DNA of 48,186 nucleotides. Origin: a virus. Lineage: Duplodnaviria > Caudoviricetes. The notes under the pieces are model-generated. The model saw only the letters and a program-made list of their open reading frames with translations, ran no database searches and had not been told where the DNA came from. Where the stretch lies: the IMG/VR virus record IMGVR_UViG_3300049174_000104, positions 1-48,186 of that record, one strand, 5' to 3'. The position numbers and the translations under genes are program-made. Numbering within the stretch: position 1 is the first letter of the stretch; every line of letters starts with the position of its first letter. Positions 8,506-16,686 of the stretch are shown here, in pieces.

Positions 8506-10301
8506 GTGTACCCCTGCGCGCGGATCTTGAAGCCCGCGGTGAAGCTGGTCTTGCGGTCCTGATCGGCCGCGAGCGTGCGGAACTGATCCGGAAGCGTGCC
8601 ATTCTTGAAGAACGGCAAGCCGCTGTACTCGATCGTCAGCAAGAGCGATTTGCCTTCGGTGAAGATCGAGAGCGCGGGCTGAGCGATCCATTGCTCGTCG
8701 AACAAGTCGTGCTTGCCGACGCCCGTCCAGTACTCCACGCGGTAGTGGTCATCGCCCACCCCTGGCCATCGGTATTCCCGATCGGGACATGGATCGACGT
8801 CGGCCGCCTCTACGCGCTTGCTCGATGCGATCTCCAGCGACTTGCCGTCGTAGCTCAGCGTGATCTGGTACTGCCGCTTCCAAGCCTGCGGCGTCCGGAA
8901 CAGGTACCAGTCGACCCGCGAGCCATCGACGCGGCTGAGCTGGATCTGCACGTCGTCGTTCTCGGCAGCGACGAGCGGGCCGTCGCCTTGCTGAGACTTC
9001 GTGTACGCATCGAGCGCGCCGTAGCTGCCTCCGCCGCTTGGCGTGATGCATGCGCCGATCGTGAGCACGTACTGCGAGCACTGCGAGCTGGGCGGCGACC
9101 ACAACTTCAGCTCCATCGAACGCCGCTCGTCGAATCGCGCCGACGCGAGGTTGCGCGAGAGCGAGCTCGACTTCGCGAACGTGCAAAGTGCAGCTTTCGG
9201 CGGCTCGCCGAGACCGGGCGGTTGCTTCGGCGGTGGTTCTTGCGGGGGCTTCGTTCCGGGTGCGGGTGCGAGGCCGAGGCCGGGTTTGCCAGGCGGCGTT
9301 CCGGATGCTGCCCTGACCGCGTCGTGCCACGCACGAGATTGCACATGCGCTTCGCCTGTCGCGATCGCGGCGTCATCCGCTTCGCGGTTTCCGGGCGCCC
9401 ACACGAGCCATTCCCAGATCCCGGAGCTCGAGTGCCGGACCACGATCGGCTTGTTCTTCACGCGGCCGGTTCGTCCCGGCAACGAGATCTTCGCTCCGAC
9501 AGCTCGAGCTGCGATCTCGTATTCGATCGGCGAGATCTCGAGGTACTTCCCGGCCGCCCACTGGTCGAGCGCAGACTGCATCGCAGCGACGACCTGCCCG
9601 TAGGAGCGGCCCGTGTATTTGAAGGTCGCCGGCAGCTCGCCGAGCAGTGCCGCATGGATGACCGTCGCGTCGTGACCAGCGGCCATGTGCTCGAGCACGA
9701 TGAGGGCCGCGTACGCGAGCCAAGTCGGAAGATCGAACGCGCTCACGCTCGTCGGCGTGAACACGAGTCCGTTGCGCTGCTCAGGCTCCGGAGCTGGTCC
9801 TCCGACGCTCCCTTGCGCCTGCGGGATTCCGGTGAGCCAATCGGTGTACGGCGCGATCGCGGCCAAGGCCTCGAGCGTCGCCGCGCCGCGGCTTGTGTTA
9901 TCGCCGGTTCCGATCGCGGCCTTGTCCGGGCCGCTGACGAGCCAGCTCCAATGCGCATCGTCTTCGCGATGGACCGACAGCGATCCGGCCATCGTCTGCG
10001 ACACGCCCTTGCTGATCTGCATGGTCACGACTTCTGCCGTGTTGCTCGTGTACGCGAACTCGAGCATCGCGAGCACCGAGCGGGCGCCGTCGTTGTCCGA
10101 TCCTTCTCCGGAGCGCTCGCCGGACACCGACCACGCATAGCCAGGGGCCACGAAGCGGATCTCGAACTGAACCTTGCCGGCCGCGCCCTTGAGATAGGTG
10201 GGGCCAGGAACGCGCGGCGGCGTCTTGCCGCGCACCGCGAGCGCGAGCGCTGCGATGGCCGTGCCCGCGACGGCGACTGGAATGATCGGAGAGATCTTCA
10301 T
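8502..10301 (-). CDS. Large N-anchored membrane protein with repeated modules, Pro-rich linker and beta-rich C-terminal domain
   Basis: 599 aa; N-terminal TM; three W-x-W/V modules; PPGKPG...PPPKQPPG linker. Confidence 0.8.
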   Translation of the reverse strand: MKISPIIPVAVAGTAIAALALAVRGKTPPRVPGPTYLKGAAGKVQFEIRFVAPGYAWSVSGERSGEGSDNDGARSVLAMLEFAYTSNTAEVVTMQISKGVSQTMAGSLSVHREDDAHWSWLVSGPDKAAIGTGDNTSRGAATLEALAAIAPYTDWLTGIPQAQGSVGGPAPEPEQRNGLVFTPTSVSAFDLPTWLAYAALIVLEHMAAGHDATVIHAALLGELPATFKYTGRSYGQVVAAMQSALDQWAAGKYLEISPIEYEIAARAVGAKISLPGRTGRVKNKPIVVRHSSSGIWEWLVWAPGNREADDAAIATGEAHVQSRAWHDAVRAASGTPPGKPGLGLAPAPGTKPPQEPPPKQPPGLGEPPKAALCTFAKSSSLSRNLASARFDERRSMELKLWSPPSSQCSQYVLTIGACITPSGGGSYGALDAYTKSQQGDGPLVAAENDDVQIQLSRVDGSRVDWYLFRTPQAWKRQYQITLSYDGKSLEIASSKRVEAADVDPCPDREYRWPGVGDDHYRVEYWTGVGKHDLFDEQWIAQPALSIFTEGKSLLLTIEYSGLPFFKNGTLPDQFRTLAADQDRKTSFTAGFKIRAQGYT

Positions 10302-10305
10302 CGGC

Positions 10306-10764
10306 TCACCTCCGCGGCACTCCGAAGTACCGAGCGAGATCGTTGGGACTCACGCGGCCGGGCAGCTCGTCGCGCATGTGCTGCGGAAGGCACGAGGCCA
10401 CGAATCCCGAGCACGTGTGCTTGCCGCATGGATCGCGCCGCGATCGCACGAGCCCGGGATAGTCGTACGGGCAACCGATCTGCTCGAGCGCCCGGGCCCA
10501 CACCCATCGCGAGAGCATGGGATCGAACTCGAACGTTGCGATCGCTGAGCCGCGGCTTGCTCGGTAGAGCGACCGAAACTCGACTCCGTTGTCGAATCCG
10601 GAGTCGAGCACGAGCGCATCGCGACCGACCATGTGGCCGGCCCACATGGCGACATGGCCGAAGCCATGCCAGCCCGTGGCCGCGTTCACGATCCACGTGT
10701 CCGAGTCGTAGGGCACGACGAACACCAGCGCTACGCGCCCGCGCGGCATCGACGATGTCGCCAT
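10306..10764 (-). CDS. Permuted papain-like NlpC/P60 enzyme (YiiX/YebB-like, peptidase C92)
   Basis: His motif GHVAM comes first, then A..QIGCPYD, the Cys motif HTCSGFVA and a terminal SPNDL; His precedes Cys as in permuted members. Confidence 0.85.
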   Translation of the reverse strand: MATSSMPRGRVALVFVVPYDSDTWIVNAATGWHGFGHVAMWAGHMVGRDALVLDSGFDNGVEFRSLYRASRGSAIATFEFDPMLSRWVWARALEQIGCPYDYPGLVRSRRDPCGKHTCSGFVASCLPQHMRDELPGRVSPNDLARYFGVPRR

Positions 10765-10776
10765 GGCTCATCGCGA

Positions 10777-11115
10777 TCAGCCGACCTTGACGCAGCGTCC
10801 ACGAATCGCGTCGAACTTCCCGTGCGGCCCGGAAAGCGCGATGCCCTGCACGCGCATGACAGTGCCAGGCGGGCAATGTGCGCGCTTCTTCTTCGCGCCG
10901 CCGAGCTTGAGCGTGCGCGTGGTGCCGCGGTTCTTCTTCTTCTTCTTGTACACGCGCGATGCCGCGGAGTAGCCGGCCTTGCGGGCGGCCGCGGTGGTCT
11001 TGCGTGCACGCGAACGACGACGGGCAAGCGCTCGCTTCTTGCTGCCCTTCTTCTTCGTCTTCTTCTTGTGAACCTTCTTCTTCGAGGACTTCTTGCTCTT
11101 CTTCTTCGCGGCCAT
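10777..11115 (-). CDS. Lys/Arg-rich histone-like protein (putative genome-condensing core protein)
   Basis: MAAKKKSKKSSKKKVHKKKTKKK...; almost no acidic residues. Confidence 0.75.
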   Translation of the reverse strand: MAAKKKSKKSSKKKVHKKKTKKKGSKKRALARRRSRARKTTAAARKAGYSAASRVYKKKKKNRGTTRTLKLGGAKKKRAHCPPGTVMRVQGIALSGPHGKFDAIRGRCVKVG

Positions 11116-11117
11116 GG

Positions 11118-11318
11118 TCAGTACTCCGTTTCGTTGGAGATTGGGGTTGCTTCTCGCTCCTCGGAGGAGACTTTCTTGATGTAGGAAATGATGCCAAGCG
11201 CCGTCATCCAGCCAAGGCCAAGGAAGACGCCGTTGAGGAACACGCGGCCGAAGCTCGGCTGCGCGTTAGCCTGCGGAGCTGGATTGCCGGTGCCGAACTT
11301 CATATGCGAAGGGGTCAT
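11118..11318 (-). CDS. Small membrane protein
   Basis: ATGA coupling at 11315-11318; TM VFLNGVFLGLGWMTALGIISYI; FGTG near the N-terminus. Confidence 0.65.
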   Translation of the reverse strand: MTPSHMKFGTGNPAPQANAQPSFGRVFLNGVFLGLGWMTALGIISYIKKVSSEEREATPISNETEY

Positions 11319-12115
11319 TGCGGCAGCCATCCTTTGTCGCAACCGAGCCGATCGAACAGCGTCGCTGCAGGCTTGGGTTTCCAGCGCTTCAGTTTGTGGT
11401 CGAGGAAGGAAGGATCGAGTCCGGCATTGCGCGCGTCGCCCTCGAACTCCTCACGCTTCTCGGCGAGGATACTCGCGTCGTCCATGGATTCCGGCGATCC
11501 CCAACCGACGCGCAGCGACAGCACGGTGCCATCCCATTCCTTCCACTGCGTCAGGCGTCGCCCCATCCACACCGCCATGATCGACGAGATCCGCGGGTCG
11601 GTCAGCGACCACGGATGCAGGCAGACGAGCGGCGTGTTGCGGAACGCGATGAGTGCGTTGGCGGGAAGCATCGCCCACCAGTTGACCGAGCCGAACGAAT
11701 AGGCGCCCTTCGGCCAGCACTTCGCGTACACACCCTTGTTGCGGTCGTATGCGCGCGCTGCCGCTGCTGCCTCGAGATCGCCGAGGTGGCCCGTGTGCAT
11801 CTCGACCCATGGCGGCGCGTCGGCTGCGATGCCGAGCCCGACGTCGATGCGGCCTCCGCTTTCGCCTGCGGCCACGAGCGCGAAGAAGTCTTGCCACTCG
11901 TCGGGCGCTCCGGTCAGCGCGATGTGATCGCGGACTGCCGACATGCCGCGCGGGCGTTCGAAGTCGCCGTCGAACAGCGCCGGCTGAATCGTTGGATGAT
12001 TGCCTGGCGTCGGCACGGGAGCTGGCGACGGTGTCGGCCGTGACTTCGAGCCGCCGCGCGACGCAACGACCGCGAGCCCGACGAGGCCAAGCGCAAGTGG
12101 AATCGCGACGTTCAT
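11315..12115 (-). CDS. Membrane-anchored lysozyme/lytic transglycosylase-like protein
   Basis: N-terminal TM and Pro linker; helix ending FFALVAAGESGG (catalytic-Glu ES motif); LTDPRISSIMA resembles the L.DP..(N/S)I motif. Confidence 0.6.
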   Translation of the reverse strand: MNVAIPLALGLVGLAVVASRGGSKSRPTPSPAPVPTPGNHPTIQPALFDGDFERPRGMSAVRDHIALTGAPDEWQDFFALVAAGESGGRIDVGLGIAADAPPWVEMHTGHLGDLEAAAAARAYDRNKGVYAKCWPKGAYSFGSVNWWAMLPANALIAFRNTPLVCLHPWSLTDPRISSIMAVWMGRRLTQWKEWDGTVLSLRVGWGSPESMDDASILAEKREEFEGDARNAGLDPSFLDHKLKRWKPKPAATLFDRLGCDKGWLPQ

Positions 12116-12486
12116 TCCGCGCGCTCCATCGACCACGAGATCTGGCCGAGTCCGCCTACGCGTGTCGGATGTTGACGGCCGCCAGTGCCCACGCGACGGC
12201 CGAGTCTCACCTGCAGCCCGGTCGGCCCGGCATTGCGCGCCGCTGCGACGGTGTGCACGGTGCGACCATCGGGCAACAGCGCCCGTCGTCCGCCTGTATA
12301 GAGGATGATGTTGCCAGAGCGCGCATGACTCGGGTTGGACGTCGCGTCGAGCCAGTCGTTGCCGACCGCGGTCGCGACTCCACGATCTCGCTGCCGGCGA
12401 TCCTCGATCGTGCCCCCGCGTTGTCGTTGTTGCCCGGTCCCGAGCTTGCGCATCTTCGCTTGGCATTTCCCGCAGTGCGCCATCAC
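12112..12486 (-). CDS. Basic Gly/Arg-rich protein with N-terminal CxxC
   Basis: Fills the gap with start/stop overlaps on both sides; contains LGTG and VGTG. Confidence 0.6.
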   Translation of the reverse strand: MMAHCGKCQAKMRKLGTGQQRQRGGTIEDRRQRDRGVATAVGNDWLDATSNPSHARSGNIILYTGGRRALLPDGRTVHTVAAARNAGPTGLQVRLGRRVGTGGRQHPTRVGGLGQISWSMERAE

Positions 12487-13040
12487 TGACCCTTCCTGTT
12501 CTGGAAAGCACGAATGCCGTAGACCAGCACCGCGCCGCCGCCAACAATCGCCACGACCGTGACCACCTTCTCGAGCAATCCCATCGTGCGATCAGCGAGG
12601 CCTGGCGCGGGCACTGGCCGATCGCCTGGGCCCTTGGTCTCCACGCCCATGGTTGCAGCGGTCTCGTTGACGGTCTGCCAAAGGCAAGCCGTCGCTTCGG
12701 CGAGCGCCACCATTGCCTGGAGCTCGTCGGCAATGCTCAGTCCGCCCGAGATGAAGATGCCTTGCGGACCAGGAAGATCGACGAGCTCTTGATCGAGCGA
12801 GAACAGCTCGTCGCGAAGACGTGCCCATTTCTCGTTCTCCGAGTCGGTCCACGATTCCGCTGGCTTCGCAACGGTGTAGTCCTTGAAATCCGAGTGCACG
12901 CGGAAGAGCAGCGAGTCGACAAGCGCGTGCCACTCGCCATACGCGAACTCGTTCGCGACGAGCGTATACGGTGCCGCTGGCGTCAGTCCGGAGACTGTTC
13001 GCAGCACTTCGACGTAGGCCGGATCGCTCGGACACGCCAT
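12483..13040 (-). CDS. Helical protein with C-terminal membrane anchor
   Basis: Start MACPSDP overlaps the upstream stop (TGATG); C-terminal KVVTVVAIVGGGAVLVYGI. Confidence 0.75.
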   Translation of the reverse strand: MACPSDPAYVEVLRTVSGLTPAAPYTLVANEFAYGEWHALVDSLLFRVHSDFKDYTVAKPAESWTDSENEKWARLRDELFSLDQELVDLPGPQGIFISGGLSIADELQAMVALAEATACLWQTVNETAATMGVETKGPGDRPVPAPGLADRTMGLLEKVVTVVAIVGGGAVLVYGIRAFQNRKGQ

Positions 13041-14065
13041 CAGCCGCCTGCCCTCATGGTCATCGAGCCAGGCGCGCAGCCATATGCGCTCGGCAGCGTG
13101 AGCGTGCCGCTGTAGTCGAGGATCTCTCCACCGCGCATGATCCATGGCGGTGGGCTCGAGACCGGCGAGCTGTCATCCCATGCTTCATCTGCCGCCTCGA
13201 TCTCGGAGCCGTGCGACTCCCAGAGCGCGCGACGATTGAGCTTCGGGATCCAGAGTGCAGGGAACTTGCCCTTCTGCCCGCTCTTGTTGATGCTGCGCGC
13301 GTCGCCTGCATTTGCAGGCGTGCCGAGCTGCACATAACGCGCGACGACCTTGCCGGCTCGCACGCGCGCGATGTTGTCGGGATGCTGTGGCAGCAATCGA
13401 ATGGCTCGTCCGTGTGGTCCGGCTCGGTTCACTTCGCTTGCTCTGCAGCGCCCAGCCTGAATGCCCGGCGTGCCGCAGTAACCCCAGGTGCCGTAACAAG
13501 CATCGTTGAAGGCGCCGCAGAGGATGATGTCGTGCGTCTTACCCGACTGACCCATCGACGATGGGATCGCATTCACCCATGCCCATGCGCCTTCATCCCC
13601 GAGACCGCCGAACTCCTTCGCAGCCTCGAAGCACTCGCGACGATAGGCCATCCACGCGATGTTGTGGCCCTGCGAGCTCGACGTGCTCGTGTGCGTGCCA
13701 AGGAAGATGTCGCCCTTCTTCACTTGATAGAAGTGGGCACCACGCGGGACGACATCGATGATGTCGTCGACGTCGGCGGGATCGGGCCTGTCGTCCACGC
13801 ACGCGCCCCTGCCAGAGATGCCCATTCGCTGCAGCACCGGACCATGTGCGAGATGCTGGCCGGGGGGGCATGTCTTCGGCTCCGGAGGCGTCACCGGGTT
13901 GTCCGGATCGACATCCGGAAGATCATCGACGCACTCGTCGGCATCATTGAGATGCTGGCCGGGCTCGCACGCCTTCTTCTTCTTGCCCGTGGCAGCGAAT
14001 GCGGTGCCGATAACGAGCAGTGTGAGCGCCGCGATCGCGGCGGTCTGCTTTTCTCGAGCGGTCAT
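13040..14065 (-). CDS. N-anchored protein with two Cys mini-repeats and a LysM-like domain
   Basis: TM then KKKK; CEPGQHL...CVDD and CPPGQHL...CVDD; FYQVKKGD...IA resembles a LysM start. Confidence 0.65.
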   Translation of the reverse strand: MTAREKQTAAIAALTLLVIGTAFAATGKKKKACEPGQHLNDADECVDDLPDVDPDNPVTPPEPKTCPPGQHLAHGPVLQRMGISGRGACVDDRPDPADVDDIIDVVPRGAHFYQVKKGDIFLGTHTSTSSSQGHNIAWMAYRRECFEAAKEFGGLGDEGAWAWVNAIPSSMGQSGKTHDIILCGAFNDACYGTWGYCGTPGIQAGRCRASEVNRAGPHGRAIRLLPQHPDNIARVRAGKVVARYVQLGTPANAGDARSINKSGQKGKFPALWIPKLNRRALWESHGSEIEAADEAWDDSSPVSSPPPWIMRGGEILDYSGTLTLPSAYGCAPGSMTMRAGG

Positions 14066-14550
14066 CGGTCCAGCTCCTCCGTCGCATCGTGGCGTTCGCC
14101 TTCATCGATCGAGACGACGTGCCAGTAGTTCGGGGTATTGGTATCCTCGAGCATGATGGTGAAGAGCGAGCGTGCATGCGCGGCTGCGCGTCGCCCTTCC
14201 TTCGTCCACAAGACATCAAGCAAGGGACGACCCGAGACGAGCTGACGAAACGCATCGGCACGCTTGTGACCGGTGTGCATCGCAGCTGCGCTCTCGCAGC
14301 TCGTCGATCCTTGGGCGAGAAGTACAGGCGCGACGTCGACATGCCACGGCGGCTGCATCGAGCCGGGCACGTACTTGAGCCCGGCGCAGTGCGGGCAGCA
14401 CTTCGGATCGTTGCCCACGTCCCACTCGCCCAGGTACCAATAGAAGTTCATGTCGCAGGCCGCGTTCACGGCCTGCGCGAGACTCTGCATGATCCTGTCC
14501 GTGCTCCAATCGCCTGGCACACGGACGGCGAGATCGAACGTGCCGATCAT
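14062..14550 (-). CDS. Transglutaminase-like (Cys-His-Asp) enzyme, possible maturation protease
   Basis: PVLLAQGSTSCESAAA (compare .L..G.G.C...A), NYWHVV and RHDAT give a candidate triad in C-H-D order. Confidence 0.6.
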   Translation of the reverse strand: MIGTFDLAVRVPGDWSTDRIMQSLAQAVNAACDMNFYWYLGEWDVGNDPKCCPHCAGLKYVPGSMQPPWHVDVAPVLLAQGSTSCESAAAMHTGHKRADAFRQLVSGRPLLDVLWTKEGRRAAAHARSLFTIMLEDTNTPNYWHVVSIDEGERHDATEELDR

Positions 14551-15131
14551 CCGAACAGCTCCGCGAGATCGCTGCAGACGAGCAGCGCGTTTTGTTCGTC
14601 GATCGATGCTGGATCGACAACCGCACCCGCATCGTCAGCGATGTGGATGCGCACCGTTCCGACCGGTGTCAGGTTGGCTGCTGTCGCCGAGCTTCGCAGC
14701 GTGTTGGTGATGCACACTTCGAAGTGGAGGTGCAGCGCAAACTGAAGGTTCGCGACGCCGTTGCTGACGTCGTAATCCTCCATCGTCGTGAGCGCTGCCG
14801 TTGGCGTGACGCCAGCCGCGAGAAATTGCGCGGCCGGGCAATCGAGCGAGCCGCCCACCATCACGCCGACCGTGGTGCCGAGGCTCATCGGCATCGAGAA
14901 GTCGAAGGAGTAGACCCCCTTGCGCGTGAACTTCCACGAGCTGCCGTTTGCAGTGCTGTGCGCGATCGTCACGAACGCAGTCGTGGGATAGCGCGTCGGC
15001 GGGATCGTGTCGTTGCCGACGCCGGAGAACACGGCCACGCCGTCGTTCACCGTGCCGCGACCGAGCGCCACCATGCCCTGCTGGCGGAAGCCGAGCCGGA
15101 TCTGTTGCTGCATCATTGATGCTTCGGTCAT
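14547..15131 (-). CDS. Beta-sandwich (C1q/BclA-like) putative spike protein, paralogue B
   Basis: MTEASMMQQQ start with GGAGG RBS; KFTRKGVYSF; collinear with 15190..15780. Confidence 0.7.
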   Translation of the reverse strand: MTEASMMQQQIRLGFRQQGMVALGRGTVNDGVAVFSGVGNDTIPPTRYPTTAFVTIAHSTANGSSWKFTRKGVYSFDFSMPMSLGTTVGVMVGGSLDCPAAQFLAAGVTPTAALTTMEDYDVSNGVANLQFALHLHFEVCITNTLRSSATAANLTPVGTVRIHIADDAGAVVDPASIDEQNALLVCSDLAELFG

Positions 15132-15136
15132 GATCA

Positions 15137-15180
15137 GGTCCTCCGAGGTGGAGGACCCGAGCCGTTTTGAAGACGGCCCG
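15137..15180 (-). promoter_or_regulatory. Two tandem hairpins; one sequesters the RBS of 14547..15131
   Basis: GGTCCTCC-N5-GGAGGACC is a perfect 8-bp stem (15137-15157); a second 8-bp stem with one G-U pair lies at 15158-15180. Confidence 0.6.
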
Positions 15181-15189
15181 GGCCCGCGA

Positions 15190-15780
15190 TCAGCCGAAGA
15201 TCTCGGCGAGCTGGTTGCAGGACAGGAAGCCCTGCGCAACGATCACCGACGCCGTGGTCACGGTAGCGCCCGCGCCGTCGGCGATGTGGATGCGAACCGT
15301 ACCGTTCGGGGTGAGGTTCGCGTTCGTTCCGGAGCCGCGCAGCGTGTTGGTGATGTTCGCCTTGAAGCTGAGCTTCAGCGTCATCTGCAACGCTGCGACG
15401 CCGGTGCCGGTGTCGTAGTCCTCCGCCGACACCAAGGCGTTGGCCGGAGTCACGTTGGTCGCGTCGAAGAACGTCGCCGCGCAATCGAGCGAGCCCGCGA
15501 TCATCACCGCGGTCGTTTCAGCTGCCGTCAATGGCACGACGACGTTGAACGCGTAGATGCCCTTGCGGGTGAACTTCATCGTAGTGCCGTCGGTCGCACT
15601 GTTGGTGACGGTGCAGAAGTCACCCACCGCGAGGCGCGAGGCCGGGTTCGCTGCGGCCGGTGCCGCTGCGAAGAGTGCGACGCCATCGGTCGCGGCTGCA
15701 GAGCCGCGCGGAGTCGCTGCGAGTGCGGCGAGCTTGAACCCGATCCGCACTTGTTGCTGCATCATGCTTGCTTCGGTCAT
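15190..15780 (-). CDS. Beta-sandwich (C1q/BclA-like) putative spike protein, paralogue A
   Basis: MTEASMMQQQ; KFTRKGIYAF; GSLDC, ITNTLR and GTVRIHIAD shared with paralogue B. Confidence 0.75.
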   Translation of the reverse strand: MTEASMMQQQVRIGFKLAALAATPRGSAAATDGVALFAAAPAAANPASRLAVGDFCTVTNSATDGTTMKFTRKGIYAFNVVVPLTAAETTAVMIAGSLDCAATFFDATNVTPANALVSAEDYDTGTGVAALQMTLKLSFKANITNTLRGSGTNANLTPNGTVRIHIADGAGATVTTASVIVAQGFLSCNQLAEIFG

Positions 15781-15813
15781 GTCTGTTGCTCCTGGGCACT
15801 AGAGGCCCGGTTG

Positions 15814-16683
15814 TTATGGACGAACCGTCCATAGAAGGGTGAAGAAACGATCGGCATTCAAGTCGGCGTCGGTCTGCAAATGCGTGACGTCGGGGATCAG
15901 CGTCTCTTGCTGCGTGCGGCGTTGGCCGGGGATGAACGGCAGCAGGCCAGCTTGCACAGCGCCCGCGGTTACAGCCGGGTCGGCATACCACTGCGTCCAC
16001 GCAGTCGAAGCGGCACCGAGCGCGTTCTCGTAGATCAGCACTTCGGTGGCGAACGGCGGGACAGCGATCGTCAGAGACGATTCAGCAGGAACGAAGAGGT
16101 TCTGCGTATACGCGACCGATGGGATCCCGATCGATTGCTCGAGCCGGCAGATCGACACCGAGATCTGCGTGTCGATGACGAGACCGTGCGCCTGGATCGT
16201 CGTGCTCGTTTCGTTCGCGGCCGTGATCTCGACGAAGTTCGACGGAGCGAAATAGGAGACGCTCACGCAATCCGCGAGCACCTCGATCGTCTGCCCAGCG
16301 TCTTGGAACCATTGCCGCCCGATCGTCGAGATCTCGGCGGAGAGGCGGAGCTTGACCTGCGAGCGTCCAACAGCTCGCGTCGCTCCAGCGGGGAGGTTGC
16401 TGTTCGGGCTCGCGTAGGCCACGAGCGGAAGGGGGGTGAGCGCGGCGGGCTCTGTGCTGCTGCGCAGGATCTCCGTGACGCTCGTCTGGATGACGACCGC
16501 TCCGCACTCGCAGTCGTCGCGGATGTGGTGCTGCCATTCGCCGACGATCCGATCCGGCGCGATGTAGCCGTCCGGAGATGCGGGATTGAAGATCGACCCG
16601 AAGAGCCGAATCGTCTTTCCGGCCAACGGTCGGATCCGACCGCTGAACGGATGGCGACGCTTCAGCTCTTCGGGATCGATCAT
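15814..16683 (-). CDS. Beta-rich putative capsid/vertex protein (289 aa)
   Basis: Directly follows the capsid candidate; beta-strand-like pattern; no TM. Confidence 0.6.
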   Translation of the reverse strand: MIDPEELKRRHPFSGRIRPLAGKTIRLFGSIFNPASPDGYIAPDRIVGEWQHHIRDDCECGAVVIQTSVTEILRSSTEPAALTPLPLVAYASPNSNLPAGATRAVGRSQVKLRLSAEISTIGRQWFQDAGQTIEVLADCVSVSYFAPSNFVEITAANETSTTIQAHGLVIDTQISVSICRLEQSIGIPSVAYTQNLFVPAESSLTIAVPPFATEVLIYENALGAASTAWTQWYADPAVTAGAVQAGLLPFIPGQRRTQQETLIPDVTHLQTDADLNADRFFTLLWTVRP

Positions 16684-16686
16684 GGA

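Noticed and set aside
8691-10790. 699-aa plus-strand ORF and similar long ORFs (15880..17376, 12971..14128, 29490..31043, 36935..38026)
   Set aside because: These are Arg/Ala-rich antisense shadows of well-supported genes, expected in high-GC DNA.
13535-13565. SMGQSGKT as the Walker A of a packaging ATPase
   Set aside because: It does not fit [AG]-x4-GK[ST], lacks a preceding hydrophobic strand and a Walker B, and lies in a membrane-anchored LysM-like protein.
14547-15780. Diversity-generating retroelement or invertible shufflon behind the paralogous genes
   Set aside because: No reverse transcriptase is present, no adenine-specific template/variable repeat pair was seen, and all copies are intact and co-oriented.
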